DNA of 64,000 nt, taken from the NCBI GenBank assembly GCA_027011225.1, contig JALVAK010000008.1:18312-82311 (forward strand). Reading direction: 5' to 3'. This stretch comes from Nautiliaceae bacterium. GTDB lineage: Bacteria > Campylobacterota > Campylobacteria > Campylobacterales > Nautiliaceae. The translations under genes were made by a program, and so were the position numbers. Below are positions 46,234-56,208 of this stretch, in pieces (the stretch's first letter is position 1; the number at the start of each line of letters is the position of its first letter). The notes under the pieces are model-generated. The model did no database searches. It worked only from the letters and a program-made list of their open reading frames with translations, and was not told where the DNA came from.

Positions 46234-47940
46234 TTGATAAAAAATATAACAGACTTTTTGAAAAATCCTAAAAAAAGTAAGATTTACAAGTTTTTAAATG
46301 TTAGCGATGAAGAGATAAAAATCCTTCAATATCTGCTTGATAAATATTTAGAAGGAAAAGAAGATATAAATGTTAAAGAGATTATAAGTGAAATTTTTAA
46401 AGCAGATAAACTCTCAAGCCTTGAATATACTAAATTTATAAAACATTTAATTGATGAAGGATGGGTTGTAAATTCTTCTTTTAGTGTAAAAGTGCCTGAA
46501 ATTAGTATATTAGAGCTTTATAATTCTACAATTTCTCTATCAGTTTCGTTTTTGAAACTTTTAGAAAAAGGCTCTCTTGATTTAATGGTTTTAGATAAAA
46601 AGCCTTATGAAGATTATTTAGAATATCTTCAAGACCAGTTTTTAAGAGTAGAGATATATGAGCAACTAGCTTCTTTAAAAAACAACTATTCAAATGAATC
46701 TTCTTCTATTAAAAGACTTCAAAGCAAGCTTAAATTAATTGAAAATAATATTAAAGACAGAATTGAGCAAACTAAAATAGACTTACCAGTACTTAATTTT
46801 ATAAAAGAGTATGAATTAAATGAAAAAGAAGAGATTATTTTTTTAGCTTTGCTTAAAGAAGAGTATACCTCTTCAAATGAAAATAAAAGAGAGATGAATT
46901 ATCTTTTAAATTTAGTAAGCACAGATGAAATAGATAGAATTAAAAATAGAAGTCTTTTAGATGATAATGCAAAGCTTCTTAGTGAGGGTATTTTAGATTA
47001 TGATGAGATTTTTGGCTCGTTTGGAGGATATACAAAAATTTTTTTTATAAGAGAAGAGATTTTAAATGAATTAATTCATCCAAGGAAAAAACATAAAATA
47101 GAGCATATTATAAAAGATACAATTTTTGATTTGATTGATTCTAATAAAAGCTTAAAAGATGTGGTTTTGCCAAAGAGCACAAAAGATATGATAAATGCTT
47201 TGCTTAAACAAACTGATAAAAAAGTTATAAAAAGATTAAAAAGCTGGGGAATTAAAACAGATAATGATGTTAGTGCCAAGATTATATTTTATGGTCCCCC
47301 AGGTACTGGCAAAACATTAACTGCAATAGCAATTGCTAATGAGCTTAAAAAGCCTATATTAAGTCTTGATGCTAGTAAGATTTTGTCTATGTATGTAGGT
47401 GAGAGTGAAAAAAATGTAAGAAGAATATTTGATGAATATACAGAAATTTCAGAAAAATTAAAATTAAAACCTGTTTTGTTACTAAATGAAGCAGACCAGT
47501 TTCTCTCAACTAGAACTACTGCAAGTTTTTCTAGTGCAGATAAAATGCACAATCAGATGCAAAATATCTTTTTAGAGCAGCTTGAGAGATTTGATGGAGT
47601 ATTAATTGCTACTACTAATTTATTAGAGACTATAGATAATGCTTTTTCTAGAAGATTTGATAAAAAAATTAAATTTCAAAAGCCTTCTTTTAAGGATAGA
47701 GTTAAGTTATGGAAAATGAAACTTCCTAAAAACGCAGAATTTGAAGAAAAGTTTGATATAAAACAATTAGCAAAATATGAGCTAACTCCAGCACAAATTG
47801 AGCTTGTTATTAAAAATACTGCTTTGCAAGTTGCTATGAGAGATAATCCTGTTTTTAAGATGGAAGATTTTATAAATGAGATACAAAAAGAGATGCAAAA
47901 TGCGTTTGATAATGAAAAAGAAGTTGGTTTTAAATTATAG
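46234..47940 (+). CDS. AAA+ family ATPase with large uncharacterised N-terminal domain
   Basis: Single AAA module at the C-terminus: Walker A GPPGTGKT, Walker B LLLNEADQ, and an arginine-finger region NAFSRRFD. TTG start. Confidence 0.8.
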   Translation: MIKNITDFLKNPKKSKIYKFLNVSDEEIKILQYLLDKYLEGKEDINVKEIISEIFKADKLSSLEYTKFIKHLIDEGWVVNSSFSVKVPEISILELYNSTISLSVSFLKLLEKGSLDLMVLDKKPYEDYLEYLQDQFLRVEIYEQLASLKNNYSNESSSIKRLQSKLKLIENNIKDRIEQTKIDLPVLNFIKEYELNEKEEIIFLALLKEEYTSSNENKREMNYLLNLVSTDEIDRIKNRSLLDDNAKLLSEGILDYDEIFGSFGGYTKIFFIREEILNELIHPRKKHKIEHIIKDTIFDLIDSNKSLKDVVLPKSTKDMINALLKQTDKKVIKRLKSWGIKTDNDVSAKIIFYGPPGTGKTLTAIAIANELKKPILSLDASKILSMYVGESEKNVRRIFDEYTEISEKLKLKPVLLLNEADQFLSTRTTASFSSADKMHNQMQNIFLEQLERFDGVLIATTNLLETIDNAFSRRFDKKIKFQKPSFKDRVKLWKMKLPKNAEFEEKFDIKQLAKYELTPAQIELVIKNTALQVAMRDNPVFKMEDFINEIQKEMQNAFDNEKEVGFKL

Positions 47941-48073
47941 TATTACAAATCGTAACACATTAATTAGAAATTAAAAAATAGGACAAAATTTATTATAATT
48001 TTTACTTATAATACGCTATATTAAAATTAGTCATTTTGATATTTTTGCTAATATTTTAAAAAAGGAGAGTGTT

Positions 48074-48412
48074 ATGGAAATTATTTTAGTATATGCCGCT
48101 GGTATACTAGCAGGTGTATTGCTTTTGTATTTTTTAGGTATTATAGTAGCACCTTATAATCCAGGTGAAATTAAAAATGACCATTTTGAATGTGGGCTTC
48201 CGCCAAGCTCTGAAGTACCAATGAAAGCAAATTTTAATTATTTTATTTTTGCGATTGCTTTTATTGTATTTGATATGGCAGGATTATTTTTTAGTTTATT
48301 TGTTTTTGCAGATAATCCTACAGCTTTACATTGGGCAATGATGTTTGGGTTGTTATTATTTGCGGCAATTACTATTAGTATGAAGGAGTATAGAAATGCT
48401 AAAGGTACTTGA
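48074..48412 (+). CDS. nuoA: NADH-quinone oxidoreductase-like complex, subunit A
   Basis: 3-TM protein, 112 aa, with FECGLPP motif. Confidence 0.9.
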   Translation: MEIILVYAAGILAGVLLLYFLGIIVAPYNPGEIKNDHFECGLPPSSEVPMKANFNYFIFAIAFIVFDMAGLFFSLFVFADNPTALHWAMMFGLLLFAAITISMKEYRNAKGT

Positions 48413-48869
48413 TTTTTTTAACTATGCAAGGAGTAAATCTCCATGGATTGTTCATTTTTGTAGTGGATGTTGCTCTCTTGAAATGCTAGCAGCAATGGGT
48501 CCTAGATATGATTGGGAGAGATATGGATATATGATGACACCAACTCCAAGACAAGCTGATATTATTTTTATTACAGGGCTTGTAAGTAAAAAAATTCTTC
48601 CAGCACTTCTTAGAACTTATGAGCAAATGCCAGAGCCTAGATATGTAGTGGCAATTGGAGCTTGTGCATATGATGGAGGACCTTATAATGAGTCTCCATC
48701 TGTTATAAAAAATATGACTGAAATATTGCCAGCTGATGTATTTGTTGCTGGATGTCCTCCAAAACCTGAAGCAATTGTTGCAGGACTAGAAGAGCTTAAA
48801 GAAAAAATAAAAAGAGGCGAGCCGAGTGCATCTAGCCAAGGCGGTCTTTGGAAACAAATGAAATTTTAA
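48396..48869 (+). CDS. nuoB: Complex I-like subunit B (N2 Fe-S cluster)
   Basis: CSGCCSLE, GACAYDGGPY and GCPPKPE cysteine motifs. Confidence 0.93.
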   Translation: MLKVLDFFNYARSKSPWIVHFCSGCCSLEMLAAMGPRYDWERYGYMMTPTPRQADIIFITGLVSKKILPALLRTYEQMPEPRYVVAIGACAYDGGPYNESPSVIKNMTEILPADVFVAGCPPKPEAIVAGLEELKEKIKRGEPSASSQGGLWKQMKF

Positions 48870-48872
48870 GGG

Positions 48873-50528
48873 ATGGGCATGGAGAGAATAAAAGAAGTTT
48901 TAAATAATTTTGATATGGAGTATGTTGAAGATTATAAACCTACTTGGGTTAAAGCAAAACTTAAAAATAAAGATGATATTACAAAAGTAGTTAAAGCTTT
49001 AAAAGAAGTAGGTATTAGAAGTTGCTCTACAGTGTCTCCTACTGATTTTCCTGAAGAAAATAGAATGGAGATTAATTATTTTCTAGAAGATATTGTTAAT
49101 AAAAAAAATGTATGGCTAAAAGTGGATATTGATAGAGATTTAGACAAATGCGAGATTGATTCAATAACTCCTATTTTAGAAAGTGCAGATTATCATGAGC
49201 TTGAGAGTTATTCAACTTTTGGAGTAAAATTCAAAGGGCATCCAAATTTAAGATACTTTTTAATAAGTAGAGATTATTATGGTAAATTTCCATTTAGAAA
49301 AGATTTTGATTGGGAAGAGCATGAGAAGCATTTAATTGAAAATGTAAATGCAATTGCAGAAGAGTTTTTTGAAGAGTATGAGGAAAATGAAAAAACAGTA
49401 GGTCATGAAGATAGTAGAACTGTGCTTCACTGGGGACCAACTCATCCAGCAAGTGGACCTATTAGACTTAAAGTTTATACAAATGGTGAAAATATTGAAA
49501 AAGTAGAGCCTGATATAGGGTATGTTTGGAGGGCTTTAGAGAAATTATCTGAGAGAAAAGATTTTATTGGGACTATTGTAGCAGTTGAGAGAGTTTGTTT
49601 TATGGATAATACAAATCCAATGATTTGTTACGCTCAAGCAGTTGAAGAGATTGCAGGAAAAGAAATAACTCCGTTTGCAAAATATATGAGAGTTATTTTA
49701 GGAGAGCTTGGAAGGACTGTTAGCCACTTAATTTCTATGGGTGGATTTTTTGGTACAATGGGACTTCAAACTTTCTTAATGTGGTGTTTGGATGTAAGAG
49801 AATATTTTCTTGATGCATTAGAAGATTACTCTGGAGCTAGAATTGCAACAGCATGTATAGAGCCAGGTGGTGTTAGATATCCTCTTAATGATTATAAAGC
49901 GTGGTTTGAAGAGATTAATAAAGCAATTGAAAAATGGGAAAAAACAAAACCAGACATTGAAGATATTTTCTTAAAAAACCCTCTTATGACAACAAGAGCA
50001 AAAAATAAAGGTATTTTTTCTCATGAAGATGTTATAGATAATTATCTTCAAGGACCAATTGCAAGAGCTAGTGGAGTAAAAACTGATGTAAGAATTGATG
50101 AGCCTTATGCTGCTTATGGTGAGCTTAAGATGGATTATGTAACTTGTGAAAATGGAGATGCAAGAGATAGACTTGAAATTATTTATAAAGAGATTAATCA
50201 ATCAATTGATTTGATTAAACAAGCTATGGTTAAGATTGAAGAAGGAATTGAAAAAGGTGAGATGGACCCTAAAAAAGACCATTTAGTAAAAATGCCGCGC
50301 CGTATGCCAGCAGGTGAAGCTGTAAGTAGAGTAGAATGGGCAAGGGGAGAGATGCTTATGCATCTTGTAACTACAGAAAAATCAACAAATCCATATAGAC
50401 TTAAAATAAAAGCACCTAGTGTAAATCATACTAGAATGCTTGAGAAATTAATACCAGGTCATAGCCTATCAGATATTCCGCTACTATATGGTAGTATGCA
50501 TATCTGTCAGGGTGACTTAGATAGATAG
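48873..50528 (+). CDS. nuoCD: Complex I-like fused subunits C/D
   Basis: NuoC-like N-terminal about 170 aa. NuoD part has HWGPTHPASGPIRL and the C-terminal GSMHICQGDLDR. Confidence 0.9.
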   Translation: MGMERIKEVLNNFDMEYVEDYKPTWVKAKLKNKDDITKVVKALKEVGIRSCSTVSPTDFPEENRMEINYFLEDIVNKKNVWLKVDIDRDLDKCEIDSITPILESADYHELESYSTFGVKFKGHPNLRYFLISRDYYGKFPFRKDFDWEEHEKHLIENVNAIAEEFFEEYEENEKTVGHEDSRTVLHWGPTHPASGPIRLKVYTNGENIEKVEPDIGYVWRALEKLSERKDFIGTIVAVERVCFMDNTNPMICYAQAVEEIAGKEITPFAKYMRVILGELGRTVSHLISMGGFFGTMGLQTFLMWCLDVREYFLDALEDYSGARIATACIEPGGVRYPLNDYKAWFEEINKAIEKWEKTKPDIEDIFLKNPLMTTRAKNKGIFSHEDVIDNYLQGPIARASGVKTDVRIDEPYAAYGELKMDYVTCENGDARDRLEIIYKEINQSIDLIKQAMVKIEEGIEKGEMDPKKDHLVKMPRRMPAGEAVSRVEWARGEMLMHLVTTEKSTNPYRLKIKAPSVNHTRMLEKLIPGHSLSDIPLLYGSMHICQGDLDR

Positions 50529-50537
50529 GAGGCGAGA

Positions 50538-51509
50538 ATGAGTGTATGGGAAATGTTATTTTATATATTAGTTTTTCCGGGCTTACTTTTCTTACTTGCT
50601 TGGACATTTTTTGTATTCTATTTTGCAAGAAAAACGCTTGCTTATATTCATAAAAGGGTAGGACCTCATTATAATGGTCCAGCAGGGACTCTTCAAACTG
50701 TTTGGGATGTTTTTAAACTTTTAACAAAAGAGTCAATTACTCCAAAAAGTGCTGACCCGTATTTATTTAATATCATTCCAATTATTACACCACTTGTAGC
50801 AGCGTTGCCTGTGATATTAATTCCTTGGTCTCCGGCAATTAATGGAGGTAGACCTATTCTTGATACAGATTATGGTGTATTAGGTCTTGTTGTATTAATT
50901 GGAGTTGAGCCATTTTTACTTTTCCTTACAGGTTTTGGAAGTCATAATAAATATTCATTCCTTGGTGGTATGAGAATATTAGCTCAAATGATTTCAATGG
51001 AAGCTCCATTTTTCCTTGCGGCACTTTCACCAGCTCTTTTATTTGGAACAATGAATCTTTATGAAATTATGTATTCAAATAATTGGCTAACAACTCTTAT
51101 TTTGCTTCCGGGTGCAATTATATTTATTATTACAATGCTTGGGATTTTGGAGCAACCTCCATTTAATATTCCAGATGCTGAGCAAGAAATTGTATATGGG
51201 TTTTATACAGAGTATGCAGGTACAAATTATACACTTCTTAAATTTGCAGAATTTACAGAAATTTTAGTAGTTTCTGCAGCAGCTGTTACGCTTTTCTTTG
51301 GAGGATATAGAGGATTATTTTTTGATAGTTTCTGGTGGCTATTTTTAAAAATTGCAATTCTTGCGCTTATAATGGTAGCTATTAGAGCTTCTAACCCTAG
51401 ACTTAGACTTGATCAGATGCTTAAATTTACATGGAGTTGGTTAACTCCACTTGCAATTTTAAATCTTGTTTGGGTTATTTTTGCAAAATTATATATTTTA
51501 GGAGTATAA
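50538..51509 (+). CDS. nuoH: Complex I-like subunit H
   Basis: 8-TM protein with RVGPHYNGPAGTLQ and PFNIPDAEQEIV motifs. Confidence 0.92.
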   Translation: MSVWEMLFYILVFPGLLFLLAWTFFVFYFARKTLAYIHKRVGPHYNGPAGTLQTVWDVFKLLTKESITPKSADPYLFNIIPIITPLVAALPVILIPWSPAINGGRPILDTDYGVLGLVVLIGVEPFLLFLTGFGSHNKYSFLGGMRILAQMISMEAPFFLAALSPALLFGTMNLYEIMYSNNWLTTLILLPGAIIFIITMLGILEQPPFNIPDAEQEIVYGFYTEYAGTNYTLLKFAEFTEILVVSAAAVTLFFGGYRGLFFDSFWWLFLKIAILALIMVAIRASNPRLRLDQMLKFTWSWLTPLAILNLVWVIFAKLYILGV

Positions 51510-51510
51510 G

Positions 51511-52068
51511 ATGTTATTTGAGATTTCAGAAAAGATGATTAGAGTTTTAAAAGCTTTTACTGAGCCTAGGATTGCTACAAAAGATATAGTAAAAGAGCCA
51601 GCTCATAAGTCTCCTATTTTTAGAGGAAGACATGAAATTAAATGGGATGTATGTATTGGATGTGATGCATGTAATAAAATATGTCCTGTTGATGCAATTA
51701 AAATGAAACCATTACCACTTAAAAAACCAAATAAAGTACCTGAAGTGAATTTGGCTATTTGTATTTTTTGTGGGCTTTGTGAAGATGTATGCCCTACAAA
51801 ACCAAAAGCCATTAAACTATCAGGTGGGGATATAGAAATGATTACAGAAGGTACTCCTGAAGCGTTAGAGAATTTTTGGGTAAGAGTTGAGATTCCAGAG
51901 GAGTGGATTGAGAAAAAGAAAAAAGAAGAAGAAGAAAAAGCAAGAAAAAAAGCTGAAATGATGGCTAAGAAAAAGGCTGAAGCAGAAGCTAAGAAAAAAG
52001 CTCAAGCAAGTAAAGCTCAAAATGAATCTAAAAAAAGTGCTCCTGCACAAAAAGGGGATGAAAAATGA
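51511..52068 (+). CDS. nuoI: Complex I-like subunit I (2x[4Fe-4S]) with Lys/Glu/Ala-rich C-terminal tail
   Basis: CIGCDACNKICP and CIFCGLCEDVCP ferredoxin motifs. Residues from about 131-185 form a charged low-complexity tail. Confidence 0.9.
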   Translation: MLFEISEKMIRVLKAFTEPRIATKDIVKEPAHKSPIFRGRHEIKWDVCIGCDACNKICPVDAIKMKPLPLKKPNKVPEVNLAICIFCGLCEDVCPTKPKAIKLSGGDIEMITEGTPEALENFWVRVEIPEEWIEKKKKEEEEKARKKAEMMAKKKAEAEAKKKAQASKAQNESKKSAPAQKGDEK

Positions 52069-52532
52069 GTGTATTGATTTTAGCGCTTGCTATTATTTTA
52101 GCAGTAATGAGTTTAGCTCAAAAAAATACAGTGCCAGCAGTTATTGCTTTTGTTAGTATGATGTTTTTGCTTGGGATTTACTATATCCTTTTAGGCGAAA
52201 AACTCTTAGGGCTTTTTCAAATATTTGTATATACCGGTGGTATTGTTGTTTTAACACTATTTGGTGTAACAGTTATTGGGGCTAAATTTCCAGATTTTAA
52301 AATTAGACCATGGGCGGTTAGTATTGTAACTATTGTAATTATTGGGCTTTTAATAGTGCCATTTTTACTTCCTGATATTCCAGTTGCAGGTAAACCAATT
52401 CCTTTAAAAGACCAAGTAAAAATATTTACAGATTTTTACTCACTTATTGCAATATTTATGGGAGTTGTAGCAGCAAGTATCCTTTATGGAAGTATTAGAA
52501 TGCTACATACCCTAAAACATGGAAAGGAATAA
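52065..52532 (+). CDS. nuoJ: Complex I-like subunit J
   Basis: 5-TM protein in the expected position and of the expected size. LFQIFVYTGGIVVL motif. Confidence 0.85.
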   Translation: MSVLILALAIILAVMSLAQKNTVPAVIAFVSMMFLLGIYYILLGEKLLGLFQIFVYTGGIVVLTLFGVTVIGAKFPDFKIRPWAVSIVTIVIIGLLIVPFLLPDIPVAGKPIPLKDQVKIFTDFYSLIAIFMGVVAASILYGSIRMLHTLKHGKE

Positions 52533-52534
52533 AA

Positions 52535-52843
52535 ATGGTAGGGTTTTATATAGATGCAATTGCGGCTTTGATTCTTTTTGGTGTAGGGCTTTATGGAGTT
52601 ACAAGCAAGAGTGATTTTTTAAAAATCTTTTTCTCTCTTGAGATGTTATTAAATGCAGTAATACTTCTTTTAGCAAGTGCTGCATTTCATTTTGGTTTTA
52701 CAAGAGGTTTAGCAGTGGCTTATGTAATTATAGTGATTGCAACATTAGAAGCAGCAGCTGGTGTTTTGATTTTTATCTTAACTAACAGAATTACTGGTGA
52801 AATTATTCCAGATAACTTAAATAAGGCGGTGGAAGATGAATAA
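52535..52843 (+). CDS. nuoK: Complex I-like subunit K
   Basis: 3-TM protein, 102 aa, with the conserved Glu in LEMLLNAV. Confidence 0.88.
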   Translation: MVGFYIDAIAALILFGVGLYGVTSKSDFLKIFFSLEMLLNAVILLLASAAFHFGFTRGLAVAYVIIVIATLEAAAGVLIFILTNRITGEIIPDNLNKAVEDE

Positions 52844-54686
52844 TGCAGTAAATGTATTACTATTAGCGCCTTTTATAGGCTCAGCTTTAGCATACATTTT
52901 AGGAAAAATGAAAAAGCCTCTTGCGTTTTGGGTAGCGGAGATTACAGGTGCTATTTTGTTTTTGGCAAGTGTAGTGATATTTCTAAAATATTCAGATGCT
53001 CCAATTAATTTTGATTTAAATTGGATTCATTATGGGAATATAACTATCCCATTTGGGATTTATATAGACCATTTATCAATTATTATGCTTTTAGTAGCTA
53101 CAGGTCTTGGATTTTTGGATATTCATTTTGCTCATGATTATATGGGAGAAGACCCAGACCAGCCAAGATATTATGCAAAAGTACTCTTTTTCATAGGTGG
53201 TATGATTTTGCTTGTTGTTACAAAAGATTTAATAGGTGCATTTGTTGGTTGGGAATTTATGGGGCTTGCAAGTTATTTATTAATTAGTTATTGGTACTTT
53301 AAAAACTCTGCAGCAAATGCAGGTATGCAAGCATTTTTGTACACTAGATTTGGTGATATTTTCATATTAGCAGCTATTGCGCTTTTAATGGTATTTGTAG
53401 GTACTACAAATCTAGTAGAGCTTAATCATCTAGCAGATGCAGGGGAGATAAATAAAACATTAGCACTGGTAGTAGCATTATTTGTATTTATGGGTGCTAT
53501 TGGTAAATCTGGACAATTTCCACTATATCCATGGCTTATGAATGCAATGGAAGGTCCAACAACTGTTTCAGCTCTTATTCACGGTGCTACTATGGTTAAT
53601 AGTGGTATTTATATTGTAGCTAGAATGTTTGATTTCTTTGCATATACAGAAGCACTTTTTGTAGTAGCAAATGTTGCAGCTTTATCAGCATTTATTGGCT
53701 CAACTAGTGCACTTGTGCAAAAAGAGATTAAAAAAATCTTGGCATATTCTACAATGTCTCACTTATCAATTGCGTTTGTAGGGCTTGGAGTAGGCTCTCT
53801 TGCAGCAGGTATTTTGCATCTTGTAAACCATGCAGTATTTAAAGCTTTATTATTCTTAGCAGCAGGTGCTGTTATTTACATTGCTCACCATACAAAAGAT
53901 GCATGGAAGCTAGGAGGGCTTATTAAAACAGCTCCGTGGGTAGCAATTTTCTTTGCTATGGGCTCACTTTCTTTAGCAGGTGTTCCTCCATTTAGTGGAT
54001 TTTTCTCAAAAGAGCTTGTAGTTGCTAGTGCATGGGAGTGGGGTAATGGATTTGTAAAAACATTCGTAACTATTGCAGCACTTTTATCAATTGCATATAT
54101 TACAAGACTTTGGATTTTAATTTTCTTAGGTGAGCCAAGAAATGAAGATATTGCAGGAAGCGTTAAAAAACCAAGTACACTTTGGATGAGATTACCTCTT
54201 GCTATTTTGGCATTTTTAACACTTGCACTATCACTTTGGCAAGATGATATTATTCATTATATAGTTGGAGATAATTTTGTAGAGCCTCATGTAGAAGGTC
54301 TAACAGTATTTATGCTTACATCTATGTTTATTATTTTCTTAATAGTTGTAGGGCTTTATCTCAAAGGGCTTAATTTACTCTATAAAATTGCATCACATCA
54401 TTTTGTACAAACAATTCATCAAATACTATACAATGGATATTATGTAGAAGCTATGATTACTTGGATTTCTAAAAACATTATTGTAAATTCAATTGCAAGA
54501 GCGGCAAAATGGTTTGATACATATGTAGTTGATTATATTGTAAATGCTACGGTTGCGCTTGCGCTTTATACGTATAAATTCTTTAAACTTGGACATACTG
54601 GAAGAATTGGAAGTTATATGGGACAAATGGTGCTTGGAGTTGCAATTATAGTTGTAGCAATCTTAATAATTGTAAAGGGGCTATAA
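52836..54686 (+). CDS. nuoL: Complex I-like subunit L (antiporter-like)
   Basis: Mrp-antiporter-like fold. WEFMGLASYLLI, GKSGQFPLYPWL and HGATMVNSG motifs. Confidence 0.92.
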   Translation: MNNAVNVLLLAPFIGSALAYILGKMKKPLAFWVAEITGAILFLASVVIFLKYSDAPINFDLNWIHYGNITIPFGIYIDHLSIIMLLVATGLGFLDIHFAHDYMGEDPDQPRYYAKVLFFIGGMILLVVTKDLIGAFVGWEFMGLASYLLISYWYFKNSAANAGMQAFLYTRFGDIFILAAIALLMVFVGTTNLVELNHLADAGEINKTLALVVALFVFMGAIGKSGQFPLYPWLMNAMEGPTTVSALIHGATMVNSGIYIVARMFDFFAYTEALFVVANVAALSAFIGSTSALVQKEIKKILAYSTMSHLSIAFVGLGVGSLAAGILHLVNHAVFKALLFLAAGAVIYIAHHTKDAWKLGGLIKTAPWVAIFFAMGSLSLAGVPPFSGFFSKELVVASAWEWGNGFVKTFVTIAALLSIAYITRLWILIFLGEPRNEDIAGSVKKPSTLWMRLPLAILAFLTLALSLWQDDIIHYIVGDNFVEPHVEGLTVFMLTSMFIIFLIVVGLYLKGLNLLYKIASHHFVQTIHQILYNGYYVEAMITWISKNIIVNSIARAAKWFDTYVVDYIVNATVALALYTYKFFKLGHTGRIGSYMGQMVLGVAIIVVAILIIVKGL

Positions 54687-54687
54687 A

Positions 54688-56208
54688 ATGGTAGCAGTAG
54701 ATATTATTTTTGCACCGATATTTTTATCGGCCCTTGTCTATTTTCTGACAAGAGGAGCAGAGCATTTAACAAAATATGTAGCACTTGCGTGGTTTATTGT
54801 GTTGTTTATAATTTCTCTAAATTGGTTAAATCAAATTATGCATCCAGAAAGCTATGCATTTCCGCCAGAGATAATTAATTATATAAAAGCAACAGGATTT
54901 TTACCATTAGGAGAATATTTAAGAGTGCCAGCTTTTGGATTTAGTTTGACTCTTCAAATAGATGCGCTTAGTGTTGCAATGCTTATTTTAACAGCAGCAC
55001 TTTTAATTTTGGTTGTATTTACATCATGGGAAGAAAAAAATCAAGCAGCTTATTTTAGTTTGCTTATATTATTTAGTGGACCAATTTTTGGTGTATTTAT
55101 GACAACTAATGTTTTATGGTTTTTTATGTTTTGGGAATTGACTTTAGTGCCTATGCTTTTCTTAGTAGGATATTGGGGAGCTGAAGGAGTGGAAGTTAAA
55201 AAAGTATTTAATATAGAAATAAAACTTCCAAGCAGAGTATATGCAGCTTTAAAATTTTTCTTATATACTCATGTATTTGCAATGTTTATGTTTGTTGGGT
55301 TTTTCTTGCTATTTAAACAAACTGGATATTGGGACTTTACATTAATTAAAGAAGCAGCAATTGTAACACCAGCACTTATTTGGTGGTTGATGTTTTTAGG
55401 TTTTGCAGCAAAACTTCCTTTATTTCCATTTCATACATGGCTTCCAGATGCACACGTACAAGCACCAAGCTCTATTTCAGTGCTTTTAGCAGGTGTTTTA
55501 CTTAAAATGGGAGCTTATGGTCTTATTAGATTCATTATAGAGCTTATGCCAGTAACTACTGCAAGATTTGCAATGTGGATGGTTGTTTTAGGATTAATTA
55601 CAACACTTTATGCAGGTTTTCTTGCAATCTATGAAAGACATATTAAAAAAATGGTGGCTTATTCATCAATTTCACATATGGGGCTTGTGGTAGTGGCTGC
55701 AGCTACTTTAAGTTATGATGGTTTAAGTGCAGCGCTTTATGAAATGATAGGGCATGCTCTTGTAATTTCACCACTATTTTTATTAGCTGGATGGTTGCAT
55801 CACAAAACTCATACATGGTATATGGATGAGATGGGTGGAATTATGAAATATGCTCCATATGCTAGTGCAATATTTATCTTAGCTGGTATGGCGGCTTTAG
55901 GGCTTCCAGGTACAATGGGATTTATTGGAGAGCTTACTATTATAATCTCAGCTGTTAAATCATTTGGATGGTGGATTGCAATTATTGCATTTGCAGGAAT
56001 GATTAGTGCAGGTTATATTATCTGGTCAATTAGACGTGTATTCCATGGAGAGCCAAGTGAAGTTGTAAAACGCTCTGAATTTCATATGAGTTTTCCTGAG
56101 AAATTTGCATTAGCTGTATATGCATTTTTAATTGTATATTTCGGAGTTAATCCGCAACCAATTTTTGATATAGCAAATAAAGCATTTAGCTTTTTTGGAG
56201 GTATGTAA
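54688..56208 (+). CDS. nuoM: Complex I-like subunit M (antiporter-like)
   Basis: FWELTLVPMLF, AKLPLFPFHTWLPDAHVQAP and KKMVAYSSISHMG. Confidence 0.92.
   Translation: MVAVDIIFAPIFLSALVYFLTRGAEHLTKYVALAWFIVLFIISLNWLNQIMHPESYAFPPEIINYIKATGFLPLGEYLRVPAFGFSLTLQIDALSVAMLILTAALLILVVFTSWEEKNQAAYFSLLILFSGPIFGVFMTTNVLWFFMFWELTLVPMLFLVGYWGAEGVEVKKVFNIEIKLPSRVYAALKFFLYTHVFAMFMFVGFFLLFKQTGYWDFTLIKEAAIVTPALIWWLMFLGFAAKLPLFPFHTWLPDAHVQAPSSISVLLAGVLLKMGAYGLIRFIIELMPVTTARFAMWMVVLGLITTLYAGFLAIYERHIKKMVAYSSISHMGLVVVAAATLSYDGLSAALYEMIGHALVISPLFLLAGWLHHKTHTWYMDEMGGIMKYAPYASAIFILAGMAALGLPGTMGFIGELTIIISAVKSFGWWIAIIAFAGMISAGYIIWSIRRVFHGEPSEVVKRSEFHMSFPEKFALAVYAFLIVYFGVNPQPIFDIANKAFSFFGGM

Noticed and set aside
47941-48073. 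133-nt region upstream of nuoA as a possible ncRNA or riboswitch
   Set aside because: I see only several AT-rich -10-like boxes (TATAAT at 47994-47999 and 48007-48012, TGcTAATAT at 48046-48054) and an SD. No convincing conserved structure is visible, so it is most simply a promoter region with an ambiguous -10.
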